A DNA stretch of 64,000 nucleotides. Origin: Catajapyx aquilonaris. Its lineage: Eukaryota. The DNA is taken from contig JYFJ02000861.1 in NCBI GenBank assembly GCA_000934665.2, forward strand, positions 1 through 64,000, written 5' to 3'. This document shows, piece after piece, positions 34,996-48,900 of this stretch. The notes under the pieces were generated by a model that saw only the letters and a list, made by a program, of their open reading frames with translations, made no database searches and had not been told where the DNA came from. The stretch's first letter is position 1, and every line of letters starts with the position of its first letter. The translations under genes and the position numbers were made by a program.

Positions 34996-37900
34996 CGTAT
35001 GACGGTATGAGTGTACGTTGGCAACTCCTCTGTGGAGTACCGAATTAACCGGTACTCTGTTACGTACTGTGCAGTGTTATCCGACAGCTAACAAGCCGTA
35101 AATAATAAATCCAAAGTTTTGTACTAAAGCGGCAATACAAGCAAAGTCATCAATTTTGTTTTCAAAACTATAGGACATTTCTTTGATGATACTTCTTCAT
35201 TTAGCTTGGCAGCGTTCCAACTAAGCTTACATGCGTTGACGACGACCCATTAGTTGAAAATACACATTTGGTTTTCCTCTCTCTTCTTACCTCTAGTGGT
35301 TCTGTGAAGCGTATACAGTACAGTGTCAATAGCATTATCAGATAGCATGTTGCAATGCACTTGACCCAGCTGGGTTAACCAAGTCATAGATAAGTGATGT
35401 GTTTATTTCAGCCTAATTAAAAGTACTGTGTTGGATGGAACACAACCCGTTGCTTAGTGATAGAGGTCATAATAGAAGGAGAGGAAGTATTTTTTCAGGT
35501 AACTAGAGTGGGGAGAAGTAAGGCAACTAGACCTCCTCGAGAGTATTTCTTCTGCCGGCTCCACAAATGTTTGCAATGTCGGACGAAATCTTAGAAAGAG
35601 CTCAAGTACACTTTGGTGGGAAACTGCTGAACTTTCGCATTTCTTTTATCTTCTGGCTGCTGAAGCTATCGATCAGAATTCTTCCCTCGAGCTCTTTTTG
35701 GTCCACATACATCGAAGATTATTGGAATAAATACGAAAGTAAATACCATGATGTAGATTTAAATCTATATATAGGGTCAGAATGACATTCGCTCCCAACT
35801 TTATTGCACATGCGGACATGTACTGTACCTCCCTGTATAGGCATGGTCTGGTTACTTTGTAATGTAATTGCGAACATCATATTGCATCAACAAAGTACGA
35901 AAAGGCATATATGTTGCCTATTTTGATGGGAGTTTCATGCAGTTGTGTACTGTACACGGAAAAAAGCGGAATATTTTTGTGCTCCTTTCAAGTATTTAAC
36001 TTTCGCTCCAAATCTCATTGCATCGCCCTGTATTGAGGGGTTCAAAGGTTGAATATAATTTTTTTCAGCTGTTGTATGTAATATTGCACGTTACGGCGTA
36101 TTCTGGCAGAAAATACCGAGAAACGCGAAGTTTCATTGCGACTGCGTTGCTTTTTCTTGCACAACGCAACAGTATTTTGTGCTTGAATTAGAACCACTCT
36201 CGCTCCCAGCTAACAGCTGTCAGGTGATTTACTTCTACACGATTTTCCCTTTTTCTAAATTTTCGGTCTGTTTTGGTAGGGGAAAAAATTATGCTGGTTG
36301 ACTGTAAGAGGATCCCGGAACCAGCTGAGTGGATGGAGCCTGTGGGTCTGACCAGTTTGACTGTCACGGACGAATGATCTGGCCGTGGCTAAAAAGTGGC
36401 TGCCATTAAAAAGGTTGTAACATTATGAACGCTGTTTCTCTGGGGAGCCTGCAGGAAGCAGGAACGAAGTCAGCATTGAAATGGGGAATCCAGGAAAAAG
36501 CAACAGGCGCGTATATTTCAGAACCCTTGGAAAATTCGCATATTCTGAGAGACATTTAGAGTGAAAGCTTTTTGCTTAATATTAAGTCTTATTAGTAAAG
36601 GCTTACCAAGTTTCACCTGGTGCCCACTTTTTTTTCACCAGCGTCTTGTGCCAAGGTCTGCTCCTTAACTTGGGCTTTATTGATCACACTCGGTGGTGGG
36701 TAGGTCTCAGAGAAAATCCTTCTTTTCGCTAAAAATTGGCCGCACTGCTTCGCCGTAAAGAGTCGCATATCGGGGAGCACAATGGCGGTTGATTTTTTAG
36801 CCGCGGTCACAAATTCGTCTCGGAAATCAATGGGGGCAGCTCCTTTCGTCTTGCACCAAACACAATAAGTCCGCTCTGGCGAGAAGCGAAAGAGGATTTT
36901 GGAGGAGATCCAGACAATCAGTTCGGGGTCATCTGTCCTGGGGGTCAAGGGAGCTTCAGCAGGATAATGTCAGGTCGGTGGGAGGGATAAAGGATCGGAG
37001 CCTCTGGTATATTCTGGTCATTCTATTCTGGCCGGGAAGGGAGATGTTATCATTTTGCACAGTGGCTGAATCCGCCGGGTTGATATCGCGTGACGCGTGG
37101 TGTGACATACACGTGCAGTATTCAGTGACTGCGACTTGACTCGTGTGTGCCAGAGAGTGCGCGGAAGTGTGGGTGGAAGTTGAAATTTATTTTCATTTTC
37201 TCACTTTTTTGGTCGGTAAATCAGCTCGACACCGCAAGTTTTTTTTGTGGATGGCTAAACTGCGCTGCAACTAGTCATGAATCAGTAACGGGTCGAGTGG
37301 AACTGTTTTAACTTGAACACTTCTTCCTTTTGAACTCACAGTCAGTGTTAGTGTTAGCTTACTACAGTGTATGTACGTGATACAGGAATTTCTTTCTGGC
37401 AAGAAGCCTATTTTGTGACCTATTCTCAGAAATACCATTATATTGTAATGTTCAGCCGAGCAATTCTTTAATGGCAGTTTTTGATGCCATGTTTGTATTA
37501 GCTGATAATATTTAATACCAAGTTCCTAATCGTAATATATAAACTGTAATAAAGATTGCTTTGCTGCAGTAAGTCTACTGAAGGTCACTCTTAAATGCAA
37601 TAGTACACCATGACCTCCAAAGTACAGCGCAGAGCGTCAGAGGGCCAAAAATACACGGTATAAATGTGAAATGTTATGGTAAGAGTGTCCTGCTGAAAGT
37701 ACTGCATTGCACACAGCAGTCGCATATATCAGGCGGTTTAATTATTGCAGTTGGACTTTTTCGCACACAATACTACACATCTGGTGAATAGCGCAGCAGT
37801 AACCATTTTACCCACTGCCGGTGTCCTGAGAATATTGATGCCATACTGGAATAGTTTAAGCAATAATGGAATTTTTGTGGCAGTCTGCATCGCTCCAGGT

Positions 37901-39237
37901 CCTCGCCAGGAAGTATTCGGGGTATTTGGGCCTTCGGAAACGCAATTGAAAACGATACCAACCTGACTTGACTCCTCTTTTGTGGGGACGCACTGCCTGC
38001 ATCCGAAAATGTCGGAGTTCGCGCATATGAAATAGTGGCGCCCAGGTCCCTGAAATTCAGGCCGCCAGCTTCAATCGCGCCGACGTTGGCCTAAAAATGT
38101 ATATAGCCAGGCAGGCCCATCTCTTTGGATGCATTGCAGGACGAGGGAATGTAGAATACGGCAGAAATGCAATATTTACTCTGGGAATGTTTTTCTGTTT
38201 GGTATGCACACATCGCGGATGTTGATCCACCTGGGAACACCCCCTGTCAACGTGTCCATTTTCTCCCGGGGATAAGTTGGTGGTCGAAGCCCCGTGGCTC
38301 GGGATTGGGCCGATACATCTGCTGCAGCATCCATTAGGAGTGATCGACCAGTTGATGTTTACAAGCATTTTGCAGGTGGTTACCAGCCCTGTGTTACCTG
38401 GGTAATGGAGTCGGTCCATCGCTTGCAGACGCTGAGGGACACGCTAATGGGAAAGGCTTTTCTTGGAGGAGGAGAAGGCGGAAAGAAGGTGCTTTTACAC
38501 TATCAGGCCCCTGCTTCTGGTGATTCATTATTTATGTAGGTGAGACTTATAGTAGGGTCGGGAGGGTAGGGGCCTATATACAACATCTGCTGAGCCCTTT
38601 TTCTTACACGGACTGGGACTGTACCGTACCGGCTAATGCCTTTGTCGTTGCGAGGGCTAATTAAGATGGAATCAGACCTTCATGGCAAGACTGAGGCGTA
38701 ATGAGATTACAATGGTACAGTGCGGCTCTTGGTTAGGACCTGAGGATATTCTGGTCTGAAGGGGAAAAAAGATTGGCAAATGGGGTCCTTTTGGTTATAG
38801 GCTAGCTCGACGGGAGGCCTGAAGTCAAGCAGGTTGGCAAAGTTTAGTTACGGTATGCTTTGTGAAGTATTACAGTGTGTACGAGTACGTAGTACCGCGG
38901 AGATGCTATCGTAATAAAAATTCTACGATTTAGTCCAAAATGACAATAATGATGTCACATTGATGAAGAAAAAATATATTGTCACTATAGGATGCTTCTC
39001 CATTTCAGAATGAAGGCATTACATGGACAATAGTGCATTACGACCTTTGACCAGCATGGATACTATACAGCAAGGGGACGTAAATATCAATGTTGGGAGA
39101 CCTTTTTGAGATTTTATGTGCACATATACTTTAGTTACCAACATGCAGCATTAAGCGAAAGCTTTCCCGTCACTATATTATACCTGAAGTTTCTCTGCAA
39201 GTTCTATGTGAACTGAAGTTCATGAATTATATATTAT

Positions 39238-39597
39238 TTTTATTATTATATATATTTTTTTCACTACCCCTTGCTCAGTACATTACGTCCTGCTTCGGGG
39301 GGTGGCATACCACCATCAGTTTTCTGTATATTTTCCACTTCATTCACCGGTGCAAGGAAACAAGGACAATGGGAAAGGATAGGGATTTTTGGGGAGGGAA
39401 CATGGGTGCAAGGTGCAATGTCGTAGCTAATGGGTCATGTGCTGTTCCCCAGGAGGTTAGGTTGCCAGACACCTCCTTGGTGCAGGTCAGAGACCCTCCT
39501 GACGCAGGTGAAAGGAAAGTTCCCCAGGCGGGGATCGAACCTGGGGCCTTTCACTCAGCAAGCCGAGACGTTACCATCACGGCCACCACACCTCCCC
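39238..39597 (-). mobile_element. tRNA-derived SINE (~360 bp) with a 15-bp target-site duplication
   Basis: Minus-strand head GGGGAGGTGTGG-TGGCCGTGATGG (A box)...GGTTCGATCCC (B box), with an A/TAA-rich tail. Flanked by identical TGAATTATATATTAT at 39223-39237 and 39598-39612. Confidence 0.9.
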
Positions 39598-42500
39598 TGA
39601 ATTATATATTATAAGTAGGGCCTATAACTTAATAAGACAGTGATATACTTTTCTGAAAAACAACCTTTGTTTGAACAGGTGTAGGGGCTCAGATAAGCTC
39701 AAAAAGACAAAAGCGCCCGCGGTAACACAATACTGCAAGAACGTACAGTACTTCACAAGAACGTAGACTATTCATTAATCAGAAAGTGGTGCCACAGGCG
39801 AGCGGCATTATAAAGTTATCACATGGAAATAGCAGCTCATTCTCTCCAAACAGCATGAGTAAACTTAAATAAACACACATTTGAGTAATACTCGTAATTA
39901 GATGCTACAACTTCTGCTCAACAACCACTGCACCGAAACTGAGAACACATATCGTATGAAAGCTGCATGAAAAATACGACTGATATTCAGAAATTCTGTG
40001 ATTGAATGACACAGTAGAATAAGGGATGAAGTCATCTCATCATATCAGAACCTCATCGTCACGAAGTGTTAGATATACGTAGTTCAAAATATCTCCTCAA
40101 ATGAATTTTCCCCTTCCAACCACGACTGCAGACTACTTTTTGCGACTTGAATCTGGTCTCCCATCCATTTATTGAAAATATTTTTCTATTCGCCATCAAA
40201 CTGAAAGCTTTAAATCCAGATAGGTTCTCTGCCAAAGCGTCTGAACTCAATTTCCATCTGATATCGAAGGACTCAAGAGGCATCACATGGGCGCCTCATA
40301 TTTCAAACCTAAGTCAATGGATTTGGGAGAGACTCACTTAGATTTTTATAGTGTCTTTTCAAAATAAAGAACTGTATTTTATGTTTGTACGTAGCCTACA
40401 TACAAGCATAATGCAATTTTTGTTGTTGGCTGTGTATCCCTCCACCATCGGGTAAATAATAAAACAAAATTTTTGTAATATTGATGCTAAATGCCATTTG
40501 CGAGTCTATAGCCAATAGACTGCCAGTCCCTTAGGGATAGACTATTGAAGTGATCCCCGAATAGGCACGATTGTTGAACGCTGCCCTGCACGCATCATTT
40601 GCACCAAAAATTCGCGCATTAAACCTGGCGCAGCATGTGCTAACTGATACGCCGAATCTCGACTAAATCACATGGTCGTTTAAACCCGAATTGCTAACCG
40701 GTTTTTGGGTTGAAAAAATGTCTACTCGGAGAGCATGCATTGTGGACAAGTGGGGCAACGCAGAAAGCTGCAGTTTCACTCACCGCAGACCAGATTAGAG
40801 CAGCACTCTTTTTGGAGACGAGTGAAGAGGGGGGCCCAAAGCGGGGTCCTCATTGTCCTTGCGAATTTGCAAAAAAAAGAGGGGGGGGGGAGGCAGCGGG
40901 GAATGGGGGAAGGGCTAGGACGAATGCGTTTAAAAGCTGATGCCATTGATTTGGGAATTATGGCCACCCCTGAGCTTTTTCGGACCCCGGATTAATTTAC
41001 AGGGGACAAAAGGGTGCTGGAAAAACAGGGGCCCGTGTGACGGTTTTGCGGGAAAAAAGAACCGGTGATTACAGAGCGGGACTTGTGGCAGCGTAGAAAA
41101 ACGTCTCCATGTCTGCCATGACTTTGCTTCATTTATTTCTTGCCGGCGGAGAAAAGGCGCGCTATCGCCTCCACTTCGCCAGCCATCGATCCACCAGGAA
41201 TTGTACATAAATCACCTGCTGGTGCAATTCAACAAGTCGCCCGAGTTATGGATGTTCTCTGTTTGAATGTAGAAAACTGTTGCCATTCATAACGAACAAG
41301 GGTGATAATATCGCCAAATGACAGCACACAGTTCAGTCAAGTTGTTAAATTAGAGGGAAGTTTGCGTCAATGTAGTATGGTGCCTACCAGCGTCAATATT
41401 TTTGTACACCTTAAGAAATGGGGGTTGTTTGCGAGCATGAGTTTCAGAATGTAGTTCACATTTGCATTTGTGAAAATCTCCCCATGCTCTGATAAGGCTG
41501 CAGGTAACTGATTAAACGTGAGCTGATTTAGAACAGACATTTTCATTTTGTGCAAGGATTATCTTGACTAAAAGTTAGCCACTGCACTTCCCTGATGGTG
41601 TTTACGGTGATATTTGAAGCATTGGCCATACCAAGGAGTAATTAGTAAGCTTATACGAAATAGTAATAGGAAATGCTGCCCGGACCTGACAGGTAATTTG
41701 TCATATGCTGCGAAAATAGCACACTTCAAAGCACTTTTTAAGCACTCATTCCCGGTTGTGACACACACACTCATTTGTCACCAGATCACATCCTTGCTAC
41801 TGTACGTGGCTTTCCGTTGTGTGTTTCAGTTTGCGTACTTTGTGATGTTTACGACTCCGTTCTCTCTGGTTTTTCATTTGTCATTTCGTAGACATGCTGA
41901 TTCGTAAATTAATTGCATGTCTCTCACCAGTGACTCATGTTACCATACTTTTATGATCTAATATACATGTCGCGAGTAGAGTCGAGCTTTGACATGGAAA
42001 CCCCACTTAGGCGTGACTTTAAAAAAAATCTTGGTAGGAAACAATATCTACAACGAATCTCCGGAGAGAAGGGCTTCTTGATGGCTTTATAACAGGATTA
42101 TGGATTCCTACGGTGCAGTGATAATGGCTCTGACGATCCAACAAAGTATACAATAAGGCAAGCAGCAGCTGATGGAACTAGCAGCAGTGTTGGGGCTGAT
42201 GAAAAGTGCAGAGATCCCCGATATCTATATAGACCGTGATGATCTTCCAGGCTTTCAATCAGTACCCTGCCTGGCATGGTGGAATATTAACTCCTCAGAA
42301 TGAAATGAGGCGTAGGATCTTTTCTGGGCCAGCAACAAGAGCTTGGAATCGCTCTTGAGTTTCCTCAATTACGAGACAAAAATTGCTGTGGACATGGAGT
42401 GGTTATTGTAGTTTGACTTGATTCGTGATATTATTACAGCATAGTTATACAAAATTTAATTGCATTGGTTCGGGCAATTGTACATTGTGCGCGGGCTTGT

Positions 42501-44403
42501 TTATTTTGGCATGTGGGTTAGAGTGATGATGAACCTCGGGACATGTAAAGAGCAATGAGAATGATTGCTGTAACCATCAGATGAGCAGGCCTTTCGAGAT
42601 CCAAATAATCCGCTTGTCCAAAGCCTGTAAAGGGATAGGAGAGGCTGTGATAACTCTGCATGAGGGAGTCGCTTACCAGCCTATTTGCTGTCCCATTAAT
42701 TGCCAATCACGTCGATCAGTTTGGCTTACGGACCCAAGCACAAACGACCCGTATCGATAGCACTTTTCGAACATAAAATCATTCGGCCTACTTTCATTGT
42801 TGACCGTTCCATCCCGACTGATTGAATGACTCGGATTGCATGGCCTGTATTGGAATCAAATACTCTGACTCCCATTTCCACATTGTGTTACACTTCATTA
42901 TTTTTCATTGTATTGCCACCCCTCCCTCCCCCATAAGTTATTTTTCACTGGTGGAGTCAATAACGATTGTTAGTGCTGTATTTGGCAGCGGCATATTTTA
43001 GCACGTGTGAAACTGATCCTACCGAGTATATCGCATAAACCTGGCATTGTTTTGCAGCTCCATGTTTCCCAGTTGGTCTAGGGTGAGTACAGTAGCTGCG
43101 CAGTACTTTGCACTTTGTTATTACCTCACTGACAACGAACATTTCTAATGCTTATTGGCAGTGGAAAACGTGTGGATTCCTATGTAAAGATCTGTTGCGG
43201 TGTATTTATTGCGCATAATTTTCTGCACGTGAGTGTGCTGAAATAATTAACATTGAACATTCCATGCAAATGATTTAAACAGTAATTCGCGGGGTCCTAT
43301 GTGCACTGGCCAATCAATATGATAATTTTATTTTTAAAAATCCCTGTCTATGGTCTCCCCACAAATCCAGCAGGCTCGTCTCTGTGAAGTACGTTAATTA
43401 CTCCACAATACCTTACACAGAAGAGCAACTCTAGCTGCCACGAACGGATCAGTGACTTGAGCTGGCCAGCCCACCCACCCTTTATCCCTTGCCCAGAAAG
43501 TTTGGCAGGCTTCCGACGAAATGAAAGCAGTTTAGAAAAAGGCGGGGGCGTACATCTTACCTTGCAGCCTTGCCGTCAGCCTGGAGATAAACGACCAATA
43601 TCACGGTTTTGTCCTCCGAGCCAATCAATTAGGCCAGCACACCGATTGTGGGCAGGTGAGAAGCATGCCAACGTCACCAGTCGGATTTTCCATAACTTGG
43701 AGCAGTATACACGTAGTCTATAAAGCTGGAGGGCGGCTTTATGGCAGGGTGTAAAAGTATAATGTCCTTTCAGTTGAGTGGATGTGTATCGGAGACACTT
43801 ATGTAAGTTTTGAGCCATGTCTCCTCCTCCTCTCTTCCATCATCAAGTGGCCGACTCCAATTAAGTTGCAGGGCGAGAGAAGGGCTTGCAAAAGCACGCT
43901 TGGCCTGTATTAAATTGTGCGGGGGATCTCCGTCATTCCGCCACTTCCGGATTCCGACGAATAGCCTTTTCCATAGGGGAAGGATGAGGAGGGGGGGGTC
44001 CTTATGAGATGTCCCAGTGCTTAATAGGCATTCATGTCGGAAGATAATGTTGTAGTTGTATGTAATGCTTGGCGGTGAGGGGATTCACGGTGCCTGAGCG
44101 CAGCCATGAATTATTGTGAGAGTCATCACTTTAGAGGCTGGGAGAACTGTGTACAGTGTACACTGTGGGTCAAAATATGCCACTCAATCCAATGATTGTT
44201 GCAGAATAAATCATGTGTCATTTGCCATACTCCTGGCCCAATCGGCATTGTTCTCTGACAACTGAATATGGATGTTTGGTGTGAAGTGCAGCAGACAACC
44301 CCATTAACCCTGGCTTAATAATTTTCCCCTTAGGCATCCAGCCTTCTATATTGACCCGTGAACGGAGGCGGTGGAACTGATAGAATTGATTGGATTTTTG
44401 CAG

Positions 44404-44529
44404 GTGGAACTGGCAGTGGAAAGCGGGCAAAGTCTGGGCCTGATGATCCGTGGCGGTGCAGAATATGCTCTGGGCATCTTCATTACTGGTGTCGATCCAG
44501 ATTCAGTCGCTGAAAAGGCTGGTCTTCAG
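44404..44529 (+). CDS. WHRN: Whirlin exon, PDZ2 first half (VELAVESGQSLGLMIRGGAEYALGIFITGVDPDSVAEKAGLQ)
   Basis: tttttgcag acceptor, CAG|gtatgt donor, 126 nt. The SLGL-x-IRGGAEY-x-LGI-x-ITGVDP signature matches whirlin PDZ2. Confidence 0.97.
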
Positions 44530-45729
44530 GTATGTTACACAGTATATTCAGTTTATGTCTCAACGTTCTACGATGAAACTCTTGGTTGTTATTAGCTCTT
44601 ACCGTAAGTGAAATAAATTAGAAGTTATGCAAACTACTGTAGAAGCTGTAAGCTGGAAAATATGCTTAGAATTTTTCAATAATTTTGCTATTAGTGAGCA
44701 TATCAGTGCCATTTGCATTTTATAAAGGCTTATGAGCTTTAAAACAAACTTGTGGTGTACAGTACATAGTAAAATTAAACTGATATAAATTATTTCGGAA
44801 TACTGTAGCTCATCTCATAATCCTGTAACTAACAAATTACGACAAAACTGAACTAATAAAATGTACTTAATGCTCAGCCATATTTACGAATTCGTGCCCC
44901 TGGGTCCGTAATTTAGATCCGACCCGTAAAGTCATAATCCCTGCTTCCATGAGAAACGACTCGGACCTAATCTCACCCAGACAGCAATGCTGCGTGGAGT
45001 TAACTTTTGCTTGAAAAAAGCACCAATACATATCTCACAAGTGTTTACCCGAGGTAAGATATGGACAGTAGGGCACTAATCTGAATATACATTAGACAGG
45101 GTAACCTTATATCAAGCAAATGTGAATTTTAAAGAATTCTGTCTCGCAGCTAAGTCAGCGCAATTTTTCCGCTGTTGTATTCATGGTTCGCTGCGGGCAA
45201 ATTTCACTGTATACAGGTGTTCAATAACTCCGTTAATTGCTTCAGATATAGCTATCCCTTGACCTATTGTAAAACGAAAGAACAGAACACTTGACATCAT
45301 TGTGTAATTGAGGCTTAATTGCAGCGTGCAATTAAGTTTTTCTTCTGTTAGAAGTGGTGATATAAGGAATATCACCTGCCAGTCAGGGTTGCTGGACGTG
45401 TGGCGTGCAAGATATTCCATATGCCGCCAATGGTAACATAATTTCCGCCGCACGCTCAAATTATGCCCCAATTCCAAATGTTATGTAGAATATTTTGGCG
45501 TATATAATAGACATGCGACAATTAGCGTTATCTGATGGTAGCCAGGGAGTTACTGACCACCCTGTATTATTGGTTGAATTTTGATAACGCTGTAATGTTT
45601 CCGAAATGTCATCATTATTATGCTAAATATGCACGTATCGAAGTGATTTGGTCCATTCAATTCATAATTGAATTGATTCGCGAATTTCACCATGCCGGTG
45701 AGTTAAACATAATTAAATTCAGTTAATTC

Positions 45730-45920
45730 GGGGAAGCACGATAGTGTAGTGGCTGGCGCTTTAGCCTTTTGCCTCAGTCTGAAGTCCAGAGTTCGATTCC
45801 CGGGTGGAACATGTGGAATGAGTTTTGATAGGATACTCTCCATGCTCACGTGGTTTTTAAAGGTTTCCACGTACCGTATTCTCCCGTAACGCTGGTCAAC
45901 ACCCAAAATATTATAAAATC
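45730..45920 (+). mobile_element. Older tRNA-derived SINE fragment
   Basis: GGGG start, TAGTGTAGTGG A box and GTTCGATTCCC B box, followed by a non-tRNA body. No clean cloverleaf and no TSD; the 3' boundary is approximate. Confidence 0.65.
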
Positions 45921-48900
45921 TGACAATTTTGAGCAACCTTATTATGCTGCATAAGAATATTACAGTTCAAAATAATACAGTAATTAGCTCGAGTTTCAAC
46001 GCAACATAAGGGTTTTTCGTAAGGTATTGAGTTTTTAAATATTTGGGATATTTTCGTACTAGGTATGGTCAATGTGGCAACCCTGCAAATTCTGAATTCT
46101 GCATTATGAAGTTGAATAAATTATATACACGCCGCTAATTGTTTAAAAATTATGTAAATGGTATTGCATGCAACTGCATTCCGTGGCTTTCTCTCTCTCT
46201 CATTTGTTCCAAATAAGTGTGTAATTAACAACTCATCATTATACGTAAATAATTTTCAGTTGACCTCCTCAACACCGTACTTTATTCGTATAATTACATA
46301 ATAGTATGCGCAGTAGCATGCCGTGGTCAATGAACTCATTCACCACACTGACTTAGAAGGGCATGGATATTTACTTTTCCTCTCATGACATTTTACGTTT
46401 TATCGCGCCCAAATGATTGAGCATTTGAAATCATATGCAACGATGTTTAACGGAAGATTCTCATTGCATTTAGTCTTATCAGCCGTTGAGAACTTATGCT
46501 GACAAGTCAAATTCGTCCTTGTCACCGGGAAGTGTTTGGACGGTCCCATCATCTTTAACCTATAGTGTGTGTCACTGTGGAATGCGCACTCTTGCATGCA
46601 AATACAGGATCAGTCCTTGGACACTTCAAAAATTGCACGCATTTGTACTGAAACACAGTATCCATGCAGATGTTCATGATTTTCCCGAGTTAATGTTGCG
46701 GCGCAATTGTTCCGAGTTCAGAAACTAGTCATAATAAGCGCGCCTCTGCTAATGCAAAAGTTTGATTTTAACCTCCACTCATTCCGAGTGATTATAAATG
46801 CAACCATAGTTTGGAGTTATTTATTACTTGCATAATCGTGATAATTACGAATGACCGAAGGTAGTTAAAAATTGACAGATTCGGCGGACATTTTTTGCGC
46901 ACTGGTCAGTCCACTACTGTCCCAGTTGGTGTACGAATTGACAATACAGATAAAAAATAGTAGCGTAGAAAATAGTGAGGCCGCATGGTGTTTGCCTCTT
47001 CTTCTCTCCTCCTCCTCCTCCTCCTCTTTCCCGCTTATCGCCAGCCCGTATCGATCCGGGAAGTTGGTGTGGGCGGATGGGTAATCCGGGGACTCGCAGT
47101 TGCCACGTTGCCCCTCCAAAGGCAGCACACCCCTAGTTTTTTGGCGTAGTGGGTGGGGGGGGGAGGGCAGGGTGCAGGACCCACCCCGTTCAAGGACCAG
47201 GGCGTTTGCCTGCATGGCACGTGCTCTCCTCATAGAGAATGTTGCACTTATGATCACATTTGCAGGCCAGATCGCGGCTCGGCCGTTACCGTCACTCATC
47301 CTGGAATGTATGCAACACATGTGGCCTCCGTCTGTATAGCTCGGCTCTCGTGGGTTTTGATTTTGTTTAGGACATTAGCGACATTCGGCTGCACTGTAGG
47401 CACTGCTGGGAGTGAGAGTGATAAACGGAGAGATCAGCATGTGGTTGACAGTAGCTTTAGTCGACATGATCAGATTACGTCATATCTTAAGCTTCACTGT
47501 AACCGATTAACCGACGATAAGTATCTAATTCGAGTTAAATTAATGGATAAAAGTAATGTGTTTTACAGTAATGGGGCTAATGACACCACTGTCTTATACT
47601 ATGCATGTAGTATGGGAAGTATTAATTATCAATATAACGGAGGCACACAGGCCGTGATAATGTGGATTCCAGAGATAAATAATGGCCCATAGGTGACATT
47701 CCACCAACGTAGTTTTTTGCTATCTTAATATACTTTATGTCTATAATGAATGGTTCCGAATTAAAGCTTCGTGTAACTGTGTGGAAACAGTGTACACAGT
47801 TACGAATTGCTCATTCAGACCGAAAGAACTAGCCTTGAAATGCGCCAGTAATTTATCTGTGTAGAACATGCAATCCTAATGAAGCAGCTCAACACTGCCA
47901 GTTGCCAATACCAATAAAGGCTCATGGAGTTAAGTACCCACGTTGTTTTTGTTACAGTGACCAAGGCTTACAGTGTTGACTTACAAAACTCACCTTTTTA
48001 TTAAGAAGGGATAAAAATTAGTGCCCTGATGGTATTACTAGTACTTTTGCTGCAGAGCCGTTTTAGTCTCCCGATTTTTGCGAAGCGTCTGGTGCTGAGG
48101 GACTTTGCGGAATATTTAACGCCTACCGCGAAAAAGTTAATGCAAAATTTACACACCGGTCTGTGAAGCAGTCTGAAGCGCTCGCTCCTCTCCCCCCATT
48201 TCCAGTGATCCAGAATTCAGGGAAGAGGTCCATATCAATAATATAGCAATTCCCAAGAATAGACAATCGATTCGCAACTTTTCCTGGCAAATGCGCCCGG
48301 TATAGGTAACGCGTTATTTTGACGTGAGGCAAAGTTGGCAGAGGAAAACCGGCCATTATAAAGCCATTAGTGGCTGTCTGGACCATAAAGGGGGCCTCCT
48401 TCAAGACAACCGTGAAACCAGACTGCCTATTTAACTACCATGCCGCATAAAATTTTGACTCCTGCGACTTGATCTAAATACCCGCAGTAGCTAGTCGTTA
48501 CAACACTTGACCTAATCTTGACATTATCAATATAACGACAGGGCTATAGTGAAGCACATTTGGAACGAGGCGGGGTTGATCATACCAATCGAAAGGGTGG
48601 CATTTGCCGGCCCTAATTAACGGTCAGTAATGGTGCTATTGACCCCCCACCCTTCTTCCGTGTAATCTTTTTTGCATTGGACTATTGGGCCTGAGGGGAG
48701 CGTACCTATTTGATTAAATTGTGTTGTTAGCTGATTGGCTCGAAATACGCAGTTGGACCGTGTGATAAGGGGACAAGTGGTGACGTTATTATGCGGGACG
48801 GCCTAATTCGCGCGTGGGATTAATTTTCACGTCCATCGCTGCTTCCGTAAGTCACTTTCGATCATCCTAATAACTAGAGGAGTCATGCCAAGTGACGTGT

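Noticed and set aside
39520..39597. tRNA gene
   Set aside because: A and B boxes are present, but this is the head of a TSD-flanked SINE without a proper cloverleaf.
45384..46085. CAGGGTTGC...GCAACCCTG hAT-like termini
   Set aside because: 9-bp match only and no 8-bp TSD.
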